A stretch of DNA of 64,000 bases from Mariniphaga sp. (GTDB lineage Bacteria; Bacteroidota; Bacteroidia; Bacteroidales; Prolixibacteraceae), in NCBI GenBank assembly GCA_040772505.1, contig JAXGYA010000002.1, positions 375,638 to 439,637 on the forward strand, in the 5' to 3' direction. The notes under the pieces are model-generated. The model worked only from the letters and a program-made list of their open reading frames with translations. It was not told where the DNA came from and ran no database searches. This document shows positions 18,081-27,568 of this stretch, in pieces (within the stretch, counting starts at the first letter, position 1; each line of letters opens with the position of its first letter). Both the position numbers and the translations under genes were made by a program.

Positions 18081-19994
18081 TCAAAAAACCGGCTTTACTG
18101 GTTCAAATCCGGCTTCTTTTGCAACATGGATACTTTGAATAACATTATTCACTAACGGGAAGTCGATGCCGTAATTATATAAGGTACTGATCTCTTCCGG
18201 GATGTCGGTTCCGAAATAATTGATGCCGATTCCTCTCTCTTTGAGCGCTTTTGCATAGTCTGCAAACTCAGGAGTAATTTTCCCTGTAAGTTGTATAAAA
18301 TCAGCATCCATTTTAATTGTGTTGTTCACATAGTCAATGCCTGAGCCTTGCCTGTCCATATTGCATATTTTGATTTCGGGAACCACGCTGCGTGCCTGTC
18401 TGGCTGCATCTTCGCCACATGCCAGAAAAGCCTGATGCAGCCTGCCTTCCTTCTTCAGGATTTCTGCCACCATCTTAGAGGTTTCTCCCGCACCTTTCAG
18501 GTGAATATTCAGCCAGACGTTCACCGGCATCTCATCCAAAACCTCTTCAAAAGTGGGAATCTTCAAACCTTTAAACTCGGGCGATTTCCAGCTTCCTGCA
18601 TCTAATTTGCGAATTTCATCAAAAGTTAACTCCGACACTTTCCCGCTTCCGTTTGTAGTACGGTCAACGGTTGCATCGTGAAGAACAACCAGCCGGTTGT
18701 CTTTGGTGAGCTGCACATCAAACTCAATCATGTGAGCGCCGGCTCTCACCGCTTCGCGAAAGGCAATCACCGTATTTTCCGGGTGGGTTTCCATGGCTCC
18801 GCGATGGGCACAGACCCCGCGTACGGGCATTTGAATTGCAGACAGATCTTTTTTCCTGCCAAGATCTGTCACAAACCCCTTATTATCGATGAGTTTTCCG
18901 TTCTCCAATGTGAAAATAAGTTTTCCTAAATATGCAGGATTTTTATCTGACATCGTATGCGGATTTCCACCAGCCTGTGCAATCAAAACCGAATTTTCAA
19001 GGATTGGAATTTCCAGCAGACTGTGGGAGTGCCCGCCTATTATGGCATCAAACTGCGGGAATGAGCCGGCGAGCAGCAAATCTTTTTCCAGACCGATGTG
19101 CGACAATACAAGGTTGATAGCTGCACTGTTTTTCGAGGGAAGGTATTTATTCACCGTTTCATTCAGATCTAATTCCTTTACACCGTTTCTTTTTGAATTA
19201 TCGTAGGATAAACCCAATACCGTGATGTGATTGCCGGTGGAGGTGTTCAGTATAGTAAACGGCTTGGGCTGAGGAAGTTTGTCCGTGTTGATTTGCATGT
19301 TGGCTGCCAAAATGGGAAAACGGGCGGCATCAAGCGCCTGGCGCGTGTAATCTTTAATATAAGCCAGTTCGTGATTTCCTAAAGTCATGACATCATATCC
19401 GAGGTCGTTCATTTTTTGAACCAGTTGCAGCGCCCGCTCCCCATACCATGCGGTATCGTTTGGCTGACCGTCATTTACTGTCCAGCGGCTGGCATGGCGA
19501 ACAAAAATATCGCCCGCTTCAAACAGAAAAACGTCATTATATCTGGCGCGGGCTTCCTCAATTGTTCTAACCAGTTCATCTTCGTGATTAAAGTCAAAAT
19601 GCCTGTCATTCGTGTGAAAAATCACTATTGTTTCCTTTACGGGATAGCTGATGTCAACTTTTTCCCCTAAACATTCTGCCGGCAAAAAAACTCTTCCGTA
19701 ACCTTCGTCTCCACTGATTTCTAAAATATAGGAACGTTCGGGTTTTATTTTCATTTGAAATGAGCCATCCGGCCCAACGGCACTGTTTTTATATCGCCTG
19801 CCGGATTTGGTTTCATTGTCGCGAAGAAGCTTTGCTTCAAGGAGTTCAGACGAATGGTCTGTTCTATTATGGATAACCCCCGATAAAATGATTTTTTGCT
19901 GGCTGCATGAAGCTGAGAATAAAACAAAGATTGTCAAAACCAGCATGTTCAGTCTTGGCTTGCTCATATTTACGTTGTTAAGAGATTTTTTCAA
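18081..19994 (-). CDS. Lipoprotein fusion: calcineurin-like metallophosphoesterase (5'-nucleotidase-type N-domain) plus glycerophosphodiester phosphodiesterase (GDPD)
   Basis: Lipobox (LFSASCSQQ). Metallophosphatase motifs are present: HTNDRH, GDIF, GNHE and GGHSH. The C-terminal GDPD motifs are VCAHRGAMETHPENT, IEFDVQLTKDNRLVVLHDATVDRTTNGSG. Confidence 0.8.
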   Translation of the reverse strand: MKKSLNNVNMSKPRLNMLVLTIFVLFSASCSQQKIILSGVIHNRTDHSSELLEAKLLRDNETKSGRRYKNSAVGPDGSFQMKIKPERSYILEISGDEGYGRVFLPAECLGEKVDISYPVKETIVIFHTNDRHFDFNHEDELVRTIEEARARYNDVFLFEAGDIFVRHASRWTVNDGQPNDTAWYGERALQLVQKMNDLGYDVMTLGNHELAYIKDYTRQALDAARFPILAANMQINTDKLPQPKPFTILNTSTGNHITVLGLSYDNSKRNGVKELDLNETVNKYLPSKNSAAINLVLSHIGLEKDLLLAGSFPQFDAIIGGHSHSLLEIPILENSVLIAQAGGNPHTMSDKNPAYLGKLIFTLENGKLIDNKGFVTDLGRKKDLSAIQMPVRGVCAHRGAMETHPENTVIAFREAVRAGAHMIEFDVQLTKDNRLVVLHDATVDRTTNGSGKVSELTFDEIRKLDAGSWKSPEFKGLKIPTFEEVLDEMPVNVWLNIHLKGAGETSKMVAEILKKEGRLHQAFLACGEDAARQARSVVPEIKICNMDRQGSGIDYVNNTIKMDADFIQLTGKITPEFADYAKALKERGIGINYFGTDIPEEISTLYNYGIDFPLVNNVIQSIHVAKEAGFEPVKPVF

Positions 19995-20141
19995 GATATT
20001 CCGAATAAACTGTAATTTCTGCTCTCAATAAATGCTTAATGAAAAACATCAATAATTTGAACAAAAATAGAGAAAAAACGAGGGCAATCGGGTTAAAATT
20101 GATATTAATCGTTGTGAATTTATTCAACTGCCGCTGTTTCT

Positions 20142-20149
20142 TATCTTTG
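20142..20149 (+). promoter_or_regulatory. Candidate Bacteroidota -7 promoter box (TAtcTTTG) for the EamA gene
   Basis: tatctttg matches the TAnnTTTG consensus and lies 38 nt upstream of ATG 20188. Confidence 0.35.
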
Positions 20150-20187
20150 CAACTCATTTCAATTTGAAAGTAATTAATTCTGTTCGA

Positions 20188-21102
20188 ATGAAATCGTACA
20201 AAATAAAGGGATATATATTTGCAATAATCGGGACTCTCGCCTTTTCCAATGAGTATATTTTCAGTAAAGCCGCATTAAATGAAGTTCCTCTTGCTGTGTT
20301 CGGCGTCTATTGGTTTTCGGTCAGTACATTGCTGATTTTTCTTTTTGCAGTGAGAAGCAAAAGTCTGAGGCAAATTAAAATTCTGACAAGGAAGCAGGTC
20401 AGGATATTAGTCACATTGGGTTTTCTGGAGATATTAACAACCACCTCCTTTTATACGTCTGTCCGCATAATTCCCGATCCGGCTGTCACTTCATTTTTAG
20501 GGAATATGTATCCGGTGATGCTTGCAATGGGTGGAATTGTTGTTCTTGGGGAAAGATTCGGTCCGGTAGAGATTATCGGTGCATTCCTGGCACTTGCCGG
20601 TGCATTTATAGTTGGTTATACCGGTGAAACGGAGCTGAACAAGTTGTTTATTCCGGGAACCGGAGTTGTGTTGATAAATGCCCTTTTGGCTACAATTACT
20701 TCGCTGGTGGTTAAAGTGCATGTGAAAAAACTCAGCCCTGAGCTGTTAAGCCTGAATCGCTCTATTTGGCTACTGGTTTTTTCATTTATCATGTTTTTTG
20801 CATTGGGGCACTCTTTCGCCATTCCACTTTCGGCATTGAGAAATATTACCATAGGAGCAGCGCTTGGCCCCTCTCTGGCAATCATTACGATTTACTACTC
20901 TTTTCGGTATATGGAAGCTTCCCGCTCATCCGTTGTGCAAACTTTAAAGGGAATTTTTGTGCTCATTGGCGCATATCTCTTCTTTGGAACCCTGCCGCAG
21001 AGGCATCAGCTTGCAGGAGGCTTGCTTACGGTAGTCGGTGTGTTGATTATGACGCTTGCCAAAGCGCACATGGAAAGGAAAGTAAGCTTTAAAAGAATGT
21101 AA
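20188..21102 (+). CDS. DMT superfamily (EamA-like) transporter
   Basis: About 10 predicted TM helices in two similar halves. I place the start at ATG 20188 (MKSYKIKGYIFAIIGTLAF); the listed start at 20164 is TTG. Confidence 0.8.
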   Translation: MKSYKIKGYIFAIIGTLAFSNEYIFSKAALNEVPLAVFGVYWFSVSTLLIFLFAVRSKSLRQIKILTRKQVRILVTLGFLEILTTTSFYTSVRIIPDPAVTSFLGNMYPVMLAMGGIVVLGERFGPVEIIGAFLALAGAFIVGYTGETELNKLFIPGTGVVLINALLATITSLVVKVHVKKLSPELLSLNRSIWLLVFSFIMFFALGHSFAIPLSALRNITIGAALGPSLAIITIYYSFRYMEASRSSVVQTLKGIFVLIGAYLFFGTLPQRHQLAGGLLTVVGVLIMTLAKAHMERKVSFKRM

Positions 21103-21172
21103 ATGAATATTAGCAGGCATAGTTTTTGTTTAAAAAACAGTTATTTTCGAAGAATTTCCCAAAAAATTAATT

Positions 21173-22555
21173 ATGAGTAAGAGAATATTTATAACGGCGG
21201 GTGTCGCCGCCTTGATATTGCTTAGCGGTTTTTTCCTGCTGACTCAATCCAAAAGCGAAGCAGAAAAAATCACGGTGCAGGTGATTCGCGGTCCCTTTGA
21301 AATGCAGGTTTATTCAAGCGGACAGCTTGAGGCGCAAAATTCTGAGAACATAGTGGTACCCGAAAGCTTGCGAGACCCGGATATTCGTATTTACGAAATA
21401 AAAATTACAGACCTAGTTGAAGAGGGAACCGTTGTTGCAATGGGCGATTATGTGGCAACTTTAGATCAGAAGACAGTGGAAGAGGTGCTCACCAATGCAC
21501 GTGAGGAGCTGGAACAGAGCTACAATGAATTTGAAGATGCAAAAATGGATTCCAATCTCACTCTCAGCAATGTGCGTGACCAGATTATCAATGCGCGTGA
21601 GAATGTGGAAGAGATGAGAATTATTCTCGAAGAATCGAAATTTGAGTCGCCCGCCGTAATCCGAAAGGCTGAAATGGATTTGGATAAAGCCAAACGAAAG
21701 CTGGAGCAGGAAATTCAAGGTTATGTTTTGAAAGAACGACAGGCAGCATCGCGGGTTGAACGAAGGATAATTGATCTCCGGCGGCAGGAAAACCGGGTGA
21801 ATAAACTCAATGAAGTTTATAATTCATTGGTTATTACCGCACCCAAATCAGGCATGGTCATTTACGGCAAAGACCGCACGCGCGAAAAAATCAAAGTTGG
21901 TTCAACCGTGAGTTCATGGATGCCCATTATTGCCACGCTCCCCGATCTCACTTCCATGCTCTCCACAACGTATGTCAATGAAATAGATATTTCCAGTATA
22001 AAAGTCGGACAAAAAGTTATTTTGGGAATTGATGCCATGCCCGAAAAAGAGCTGGAAGGCGAAGTGGTGTCGGTGGCTAACATTGGGCAGCCCATGCCAA
22101 GAAGCGATGCCAAGGTTTTTGAAGTGAAAATCAGAATTTATGGTGACGTCTCTGATTTGAAACCGGCAATGACCACCAGCAATCAGATACAAACCGGCTT
22201 TTACCCAGATACACTTTTCATTCCTTCTGAGGCGGTTTTCACCAATGACTCGTTGCAGTTTGTATATCTCGAAAAGAGCGGAATTACCAAACAAATAGTT
22301 GATTTGGGCGATCAGAATGAAAATTATGTTTTGATTCGGAAGGGATTGAGCGAAGGCGATGTGGTTTTGCTCAATGAACCCAATTTTGCAGAAGAGCTCG
22401 CTTTTGAAGGAATGGATATTTATCTGGAAATCAAGGAGCGTAGGCAGCGTGAAGAGGAAGAGGCAAAAAAAGCGCTGGAAGAGGAGAAGAAGAAACCTTT
22501 TGATATGCAGAAGAAAAGCAAAGAGAGTCAAAACGAATTTATAATCATCGGATGA
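21173..22555 (+). CDS. HlyD/MacA-type periplasmic adaptor (membrane fusion protein) 1
   Basis: N-terminal TM anchor, a long coiled-coil hairpin region, lipoyl/beta-barrel motifs (ITAPKSGMVIY, ATLPDLTSM) and a K/E-rich C-terminal tail. Its stop overlaps the start of the permease gene (ATGA at 22552). Confidence 0.85.
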   Translation: MSKRIFITAGVAALILLSGFFLLTQSKSEAEKITVQVIRGPFEMQVYSSGQLEAQNSENIVVPESLRDPDIRIYEIKITDLVEEGTVVAMGDYVATLDQKTVEEVLTNAREELEQSYNEFEDAKMDSNLTLSNVRDQIINARENVEEMRIILEESKFESPAVIRKAEMDLDKAKRKLEQEIQGYVLKERQAASRVERRIIDLRRQENRVNKLNEVYNSLVITAPKSGMVIYGKDRTREKIKVGSTVSSWMPIIATLPDLTSMLSTTYVNEIDISSIKVGQKVILGIDAMPEKELEGEVVSVANIGQPMPRSDAKVFEVKIRIYGDVSDLKPAMTTSNQIQTGFYPDTLFIPSEAVFTNDSLQFVYLEKSGITKQIVDLGDQNENYVLIRKGLSEGDVVLLNEPNFAEELAFEGMDIYLEIKERRQREEEEAKKALEEEKKKPFDMQKKSKESQNEFIIIG

Positions 22556-23895
22556 AAGGAATAGTTCAGCGCTACGGACATGACATAATTACAGGCATTG
22601 AGTCCATTTTTGCCAATAAGGTGAAATCATTGCTCACTGCATTGGGAATCATTTTTGGTGTTGCTGCGGTAATCACCATGCTTGCCATTGGAAACGGGGC
22701 ACAGCAGGAAATTCTGGAGCAGATTAAAATGGTTGGAGTGAACAATATTATTGTTTCACCGATTTTACGCTCCGACAATGATAACAATTCAGAGTCAAAC
22801 AGTGAGGAGGGGCAGCAAGTCAGTGCAAAAAAATTTTCTAAGGGATTAACACTTCTTGATGCGGAGTCCATTGAAGAGATAATTCCAACTGTGGAGCGGG
22901 TGAGCCCGGTGATTTCGTTTAACTATTCGGCAATTCACGACGGGAAAAGCAAACCTGTTGTGCTGGAAGGAGTTAACAATAACTATTTCAGCTTATTCAA
23001 CATTAATATTGTGTCGGGAAAAGAGTTTACAGATGAGCAGATGGCAAATGCTTTTCCTGTATGCATAATTGGCGACAATATTCGCGAAGTGTTTTTCAAT
23101 CAGGAAAACCCGATTGGTAAATTCATTAAATGTGGCGATGTGTGGCTGCAGGTTGTGGGAGTGGTTGAGCGCCGCGATTTTACCGCTTCGGCATCCGATG
23201 AACTGGGAATCAGCAGTACCGACAATAAAATCTTTGTTCCCACACGCACCGTTAATATTCGTTTTCGCAACCGCTCCCTGATTCGGGCTGAGGAGGTGGA
23301 AGCGCTTGCCGCATCCGGCGGAGGCGATAGTAAAAATACAGAAAATCTCAATCAGCTTAATAAAATTATTGTGCAGGTAACCGATACCGAACATTTGAGC
23401 TCTACAGCAGAAATCATACGAAGAATGCTGTTGCGCAGGCACAATAACCTGTTCGACTTTGAAGTAACAATTCCTGAATTACTGCTCAAGCAACAGCAGC
23501 GCACCAAAAATATCTTCAATATCGTTTTGGGGGTGATTGCCGGAATTTCCTTATTGGTTGGCGGAATTGGAATTATGAATATTATGTTGGCTTCAGTGAT
23601 GGAGCGAATCCGAGAAATTGGCGTCAGACAGGCGATTGGTGCTTCCAGGATTGATATTATTGTTCAGTTTCTCTCCGAATCAACAATAATCAGTTTAAGC
23701 GGCGGTATAATTGGAATATTCCTTGGTGTGGCGCTTTCAAAGATAATTACAATAGTTTTTGGAATTCAAACCATAATTTCCCCTTTTTCAATAATTATTT
23801 CATTTGGCGTTTCGGTGATGGTGGGAATTATTTTTGGCTATCTGCCCGCCAAAAGGGCATCTGAACATGACCCGGTCAATTCGTTACGTTACTAA
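22552..23895 (+). CDS. MacB-type ABC transporter permease (MacB periplasmic core domain plus FtsX domain) with no fused ATPase
   Basis: TM1 is at the N-terminus (LLTALGIIFGVAAVITMLAIGNGA). A ~250-aa periplasmic domain is followed by the C-terminal FtsX 3-TM bundle (MERIREIGVRQAIGASRIDI... PAKRASEHDPVNSLRY). Confidence 0.85.
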   Translation: MKGIVQRYGHDIITGIESIFANKVKSLLTALGIIFGVAAVITMLAIGNGAQQEILEQIKMVGVNNIIVSPILRSDNDNNSESNSEEGQQVSAKKFSKGLTLLDAESIEEIIPTVERVSPVISFNYSAIHDGKSKPVVLEGVNNNYFSLFNINIVSGKEFTDEQMANAFPVCIIGDNIREVFFNQENPIGKFIKCGDVWLQVVGVVERRDFTASASDELGISSTDNKIFVPTRTVNIRFRNRSLIRAEEVEALAASGGGDSKNTENLNQLNKIIVQVTDTEHLSSTAEIIRRMLLRRHNNLFDFEVTIPELLLKQQQRTKNIFNIVLGVIAGISLLVGGIGIMNIMLASVMERIREIGVRQAIGASRIDIIVQFLSESTIISLSGGIIGIFLGVALSKIITIVFGIQTIISPFSIIISFGVSVMVGIIFGYLPAKRASEHDPVNSLRY

Positions 23896-23906
23896 ATTTA
23901 ATTTTA

Positions 23907-25397
23907 ATGAGAATGAGACGACTCATAGCTGCAATTTTTATTTTTAGCTTTTTAGGTTTTGCAAGCTCAGCTGCAGATAAGGAGTACCTTACCCTGGAGG
24001 ATGTAATTGAAAGAGCATCACAGCAATCGCTGGATGCTTTCCGGTATGAAAATATGTTTCTCTCCAGTTTTTGGGAATTTCGCTATTTCAAAGCCGACCG
24101 TCTGCCGAGCCTGATGCTTCAGGCAACGCCGATAGATTACAACCGGTCGATGCAAAAAGTTTATAATTATGACGAAAACCGGGACGAGTATAAGCCCCGC
24201 GAAGACTTGAATTCCGATGTTTCACTGTCGCTGAACCAGAATGTGGGGTTAACCGGCGGGCAGTTTTTTGCCCGCTCCGATCTGAATCTTTCACAAAAAT
24301 TAGGAGCAAGTAAAATCTCATCATGGTCATCTTCTCCTTTCAGCATCGGTTATCAGCAGTCGCTTAGCGGGCATAATCGGCTGAAATGGACGGCTAAAAT
24401 TGAGCCGTTGAAGTTTGAAAAAGCGAAAAAAAACTACATTCAATCCAGGGAAGATATTGCCATTAAGGCTTCACGCCTTTTTTTCAACCTGGTAGATGCT
24501 CAAATCGAGGTGAACATTGCAGAAACAAATCTTGCCAATGCCGACACTCTTTTTAGAATCGGGCAGGGAAGATATCAGGTAGGCACCGTTACGCAGGATG
24601 AATTGCTCAACCTGGAACTGAGTCAGATGAATGCTACATTGGCGCTGACCCAGTCGAAACTGGGACTTGAACGCGCTCAGGCAGAGCTGAACTCCTTTTT
24701 GGGATTCGATAAAAACACCAAAATTGAGTGTATTGTGCCGGACAAACTGCCCGATTTGCAGATACCGGCAGCCGATGCAGTTGATATGGCGCTGGCAAAT
24801 AACCCCGAAATTCTGAATCAGGAGCAAAGATTGATTGAGGAAGACCGGAAGGTGAGTGAGGCAAAGAGTGAAAACGGAATTACCGGAGACTTATTTGCGC
24901 TTTATGGGTTAAATCAAAATGCGGAAGATTTCAGCGAGGTTTACAAGAATCCGCTGGACAGGCAACGGCTGCGGGTTGGAGTGAATGTTCCCATTCTTGA
25001 CTGGGGGCGGAGAAAAGGACGTTTAGCCATGGCAAAATCGAACCGTGAGGTGGTTCGAATCAGTGTGAATCAGGAAAAAATAGACTTTGAGCAGAATGTG
25101 ATTATGAATGTGATGGAATTCAACCTGCAAGCCAATCAGGTGCTGAATACTGCAAAAGCAGACACAATTGCTCAGCTGGGTTACGATGTTACCCAGCAGC
25201 GTTTTCTTATCGGAAAAGTAGATGTAACCAAGTTAAACCTTGCCCGGAATGACCAGGAACAGGCGCGCCGTGCCTATATCCGGGCATTGCGCTCATACTG
25301 GAATTACTATTTTACCATCAGGCGGCTGACCTTATATGATTTTGAGAGAAAAGTAACCCTTTCGGAAGATTTCGACAGGATTATAAATAACTATTAA
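23907..25397 (+). CDS. TolC family outer-membrane efflux protein
   Basis: Signal peptide, a length of 496 aa and two repeated halves of coiled-coil/beta structure (LTLEDVIERASQQSLD start, ANADTLFRIGQGRYQVGTVTQDELL). Confidence 0.9.
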   Translation: MRMRRLIAAIFIFSFLGFASSAADKEYLTLEDVIERASQQSLDAFRYENMFLSSFWEFRYFKADRLPSLMLQATPIDYNRSMQKVYNYDENRDEYKPREDLNSDVSLSLNQNVGLTGGQFFARSDLNLSQKLGASKISSWSSSPFSIGYQQSLSGHNRLKWTAKIEPLKFEKAKKNYIQSREDIAIKASRLFFNLVDAQIEVNIAETNLANADTLFRIGQGRYQVGTVTQDELLNLELSQMNATLALTQSKLGLERAQAELNSFLGFDKNTKIECIVPDKLPDLQIPAADAVDMALANNPEILNQEQRLIEEDRKVSEAKSENGITGDLFALYGLNQNAEDFSEVYKNPLDRQRLRVGVNVPILDWGRRKGRLAMAKSNREVVRISVNQEKIDFEQNVIMNVMEFNLQANQVLNTAKADTIAQLGYDVTQQRFLIGKVDVTKLNLARNDQEQARRAYIRALRSYWNYYFTIRRLTLYDFERKVTLSEDFDRIINNY

Positions 25398-25405
25398 AAA
25401 ATGCG

Positions 25406-26647
25406 ATGAAGCGGAGACGAACAAGAATTTTTATTGTACTTATTGCAGCAGTTGCGGTAATTGCCGGTGCAATAGTTGCTGCCATTGTTTCAGTTCCCGG
25501 GGAGAACCTGCATAAAGTGAAAAGAGGTGATTTTACGCTTGCAATTGAAGTTAAAGGCGAAATTCAGGGGAAGAATGCAATCGTTATCGGCATGCCCGAT
25601 GAGCTGGCACACAGGGACATGCCTATCCGGCAATTTGAAATTAAGGAGATGGTGGAGGAGGGAACGGAGGTAAACACCGGCGACTGGGTAGCAACACTTG
25701 ATGCAGCAGAGATTAGCCAGCAAATTGAGAGAAACAGTCAGGATCTGGAGCGGGCAACTGCCGAACTGAACGATGCCAAAATCGATTCTTCCATAACACT
25801 GACCAATTTGAGAGAAGAATTGGGCGAATTTGTTTTTGATTTGGAATACAAGAAGATAGAACTCGAGCAGGCACAATTTGAATCACCGGCATACCAGAGG
25901 AGAAAGAAAGTGGAATATGACCAGACCGTAAGGCTGATGGATAAAAAGCATCGCGACTATGAGTTGAGAAAGCTTAATCTTAAAAGAAGGATTTCATGGT
26001 TTGAAAATCGTTACGACCGCTTTTTCAAAAGAGATTCCCTTTTGAAAGTAGCACTTAATGCTGTGCAGGTAACTGCGCCAAAAGAGGGAACAGTTATGTA
26101 TGCCCGTCTGTGGAATGGGAGAAAACTACGTGTTGGCGACAGAGTCAGCATGTGGATGCCCACCATTGCCACATTGCCCGATTTGTCGCAGCCTGTTTCT
26201 GAGACATATATTCCCGAGATTGATATCACTAAGATTTCATTAGGCGACAGCGCTGAAATTACCATTGATGCCCTTCCGAAAGATAAGTTTAAAGGGGTGG
26301 TGTCCGATATTGCCAATATTGGACAGGAATTGTCCGGCTTTGACATGAGGGTTTTCCGAATAACGATTGATTTTAAAACAGATGGAAAAGAGATAAAACC
26401 ATCGATGACCTCCAGTAATAAAATTATTGTTTCGAGGTTCCCGGATGTCATCAAAATTCCAAGGAATTTTCTTCAAAAACAGAATGAGGAAAGTTTTGTT
26501 TATCTGAAAGAAAGCGGAAAAATCTGGAAAAAAAGGGTAACTCCGGGGCTTGAAAATGATGAGGAAGTGATTATTGAATCGGGACTATCCCCCGGAGATA
26601 AAATTCTTGCATCACCTCCTCCTAAAGTGGAATCTGCTATGCTCTAA
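25406..26647 (+). CDS. HlyD/MacA-type periplasmic adaptor 2 (paralog of 21173-22555)
   Basis: It has the same architecture as adaptor 1 and shares strings with it: DAKIDSSITLTNLREEL versus DAKMDSNLTLSNVRDQI; FESPAYQRR versus FESPAVIRK; ATLPDLSQ versus ATLPDLTS; KPSMTSSNKI versus KPAMTTSNQI. Confidence 0.85.
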   Translation: MKRRRTRIFIVLIAAVAVIAGAIVAAIVSVPGENLHKVKRGDFTLAIEVKGEIQGKNAIVIGMPDELAHRDMPIRQFEIKEMVEEGTEVNTGDWVATLDAAEISQQIERNSQDLERATAELNDAKIDSSITLTNLREELGEFVFDLEYKKIELEQAQFESPAYQRRKKVEYDQTVRLMDKKHRDYELRKLNLKRRISWFENRYDRFFKRDSLLKVALNAVQVTAPKEGTVMYARLWNGRKLRVGDRVSMWMPTIATLPDLSQPVSETYIPEIDITKISLGDSAEITIDALPKDKFKGVVSDIANIGQELSGFDMRVFRITIDFKTDGKEIKPSMTSSNKIIVSRFPDVIKIPRNFLQKQNEESFVYLKESGKIWKKRVTPGLENDEEVIIESGLSPGDKILASPPPKVESAML

Positions 26648-26702
26648 TGCCAAAATGGCTGGACTACCTTATAAATCAACTTGCTATAAAACAGCAACGT
26701 CT

Positions 26703-27398
26703 CTATTTAATTTTAAATCTTGCTGTTACCTGATAAGAGATAGTGATGTTTTGCACCTGGTCTATACTTTCATAGGCGGCATCGGCAGACATCAGCATAC
26801 TTTTAGCCATCAGCGGGCGTGCATACCCATCATCGAGCTCTGTAATTGAAAGAACTTCCCCAAGCTCTTCACCCAAACTTTCCACCAGATAGGCAGCTTT
26901 TTCGCGGGCATGTTTCAGTGCATTGGTTTTTACTTCCTTCCTGAATTTTTCAATGTTCGTATGAGTCATTTGCCCAATGTTTACCGAGCGGATTCCCTTT
27001 CCGTCAACCAGAGAAGAGAGCTGGTTCACTTTTGAGAAATCGGAAATTTTCACCTCAAGCTGCTTGGTGAAAAGAAACTCTTTGCCTTCGCTTCTCCAGT
27101 AATTTCCCATGCTGCGTACGCGAATATCATCTTTGTCAATACCTGCTTTGCGCAGATTCTTAATCAGGCTATCCTCAATTTTTGCCAGCTGAACTTTATT
27201 CTTGTAACTTTTGGGTTCCTTGCCTTTCTGGAACTCCTCTTCGTAATACTCCTGAATAGTAATTGAAAGCACCATTTCATCGGGTTGAACTTCCATTTCA
27301 GCGTTGCCTCGAACTTCGATGTATCTCACTTCATCGTTGTTTTGTGCCCAAAGAGGAAGATTGAATAGCACAATAGACAGAAAAAATAATTTTTTCAT
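26703..27398 (-). CDS. SIMPL (DUF541) domain periplasmic protein
   Basis: I place the start at ATG 27398 (MKKLFFLSIVLFNLPLWAQ signal). It has a SIMPL-like pattern: IEVRGNAEMEVQPDEMVLSITIQ and ALKHAREKAAYLVESLGEELGEVLSITE. Confidence 0.65.
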   Translation of the reverse strand: MKKLFFLSIVLFNLPLWAQNNDEVRYIEVRGNAEMEVQPDEMVLSITIQEYYEEEFQKGKEPKSYKNKVQLAKIEDSLIKNLRKAGIDKDDIRVRSMGNYWRSEGKEFLFTKQLEVKISDFSKVNQLSSLVDGKGIRSVNIGQMTHTNIEKFRKEVKTNALKHAREKAAYLVESLGEELGEVLSITELDDGYARPLMAKSMLMSADAAYESIDQVQNITISYQVTARFKIK

Positions 27399-27492
27399 CC
27401 AATTAAAATTAAAAGTTTTCAAAGGTATTGGATGTAACTCCCTCATTTTAATTATGCTTGTTTGTGAAGCATTTCTACATGGTCGTTTCATA
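27391..27492 (-). repeat. Copy B of the 102-nt promoter/leader cassette (partner at 5091-5192)
   Basis: See copy A. The inverted-repeat arms are at 27396-27403 and 27427-27434. The TACCTTTG box on the minus strand is at 27427-27420. Confidence 0.9.
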
Positions 27493-27568
27493 GTAATTAA
27501 TATTTTTAAAATAGTTGTTTTTGCCTGATTCACTGATAGCTTACAGGCTGGCCGGTCTCAAGGGAATT

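Noticed and set aside
18100-18110. A tRNA T-loop-like string, ggttcaaatcc.
   Set aside because: It lies inside the C-terminal codons of the phosphoesterase-GDPD gene. The flanking 70 nt cannot form an acceptor stem or other arms.
21914-22531. A 205-aa minus-strand ORF inside adaptor gene 1, and similar long antisense ORFs at 9656-10162, 22993-23442, 26011-26454, 27515-28033, 29707-30114, 39048-39464 and 48687-49124.
   Set aside because: Each lies fully inside a well-supported gene on the opposite strand and has no recognisable motifs, signal or promoter box. I treat them as shadow ORFs.
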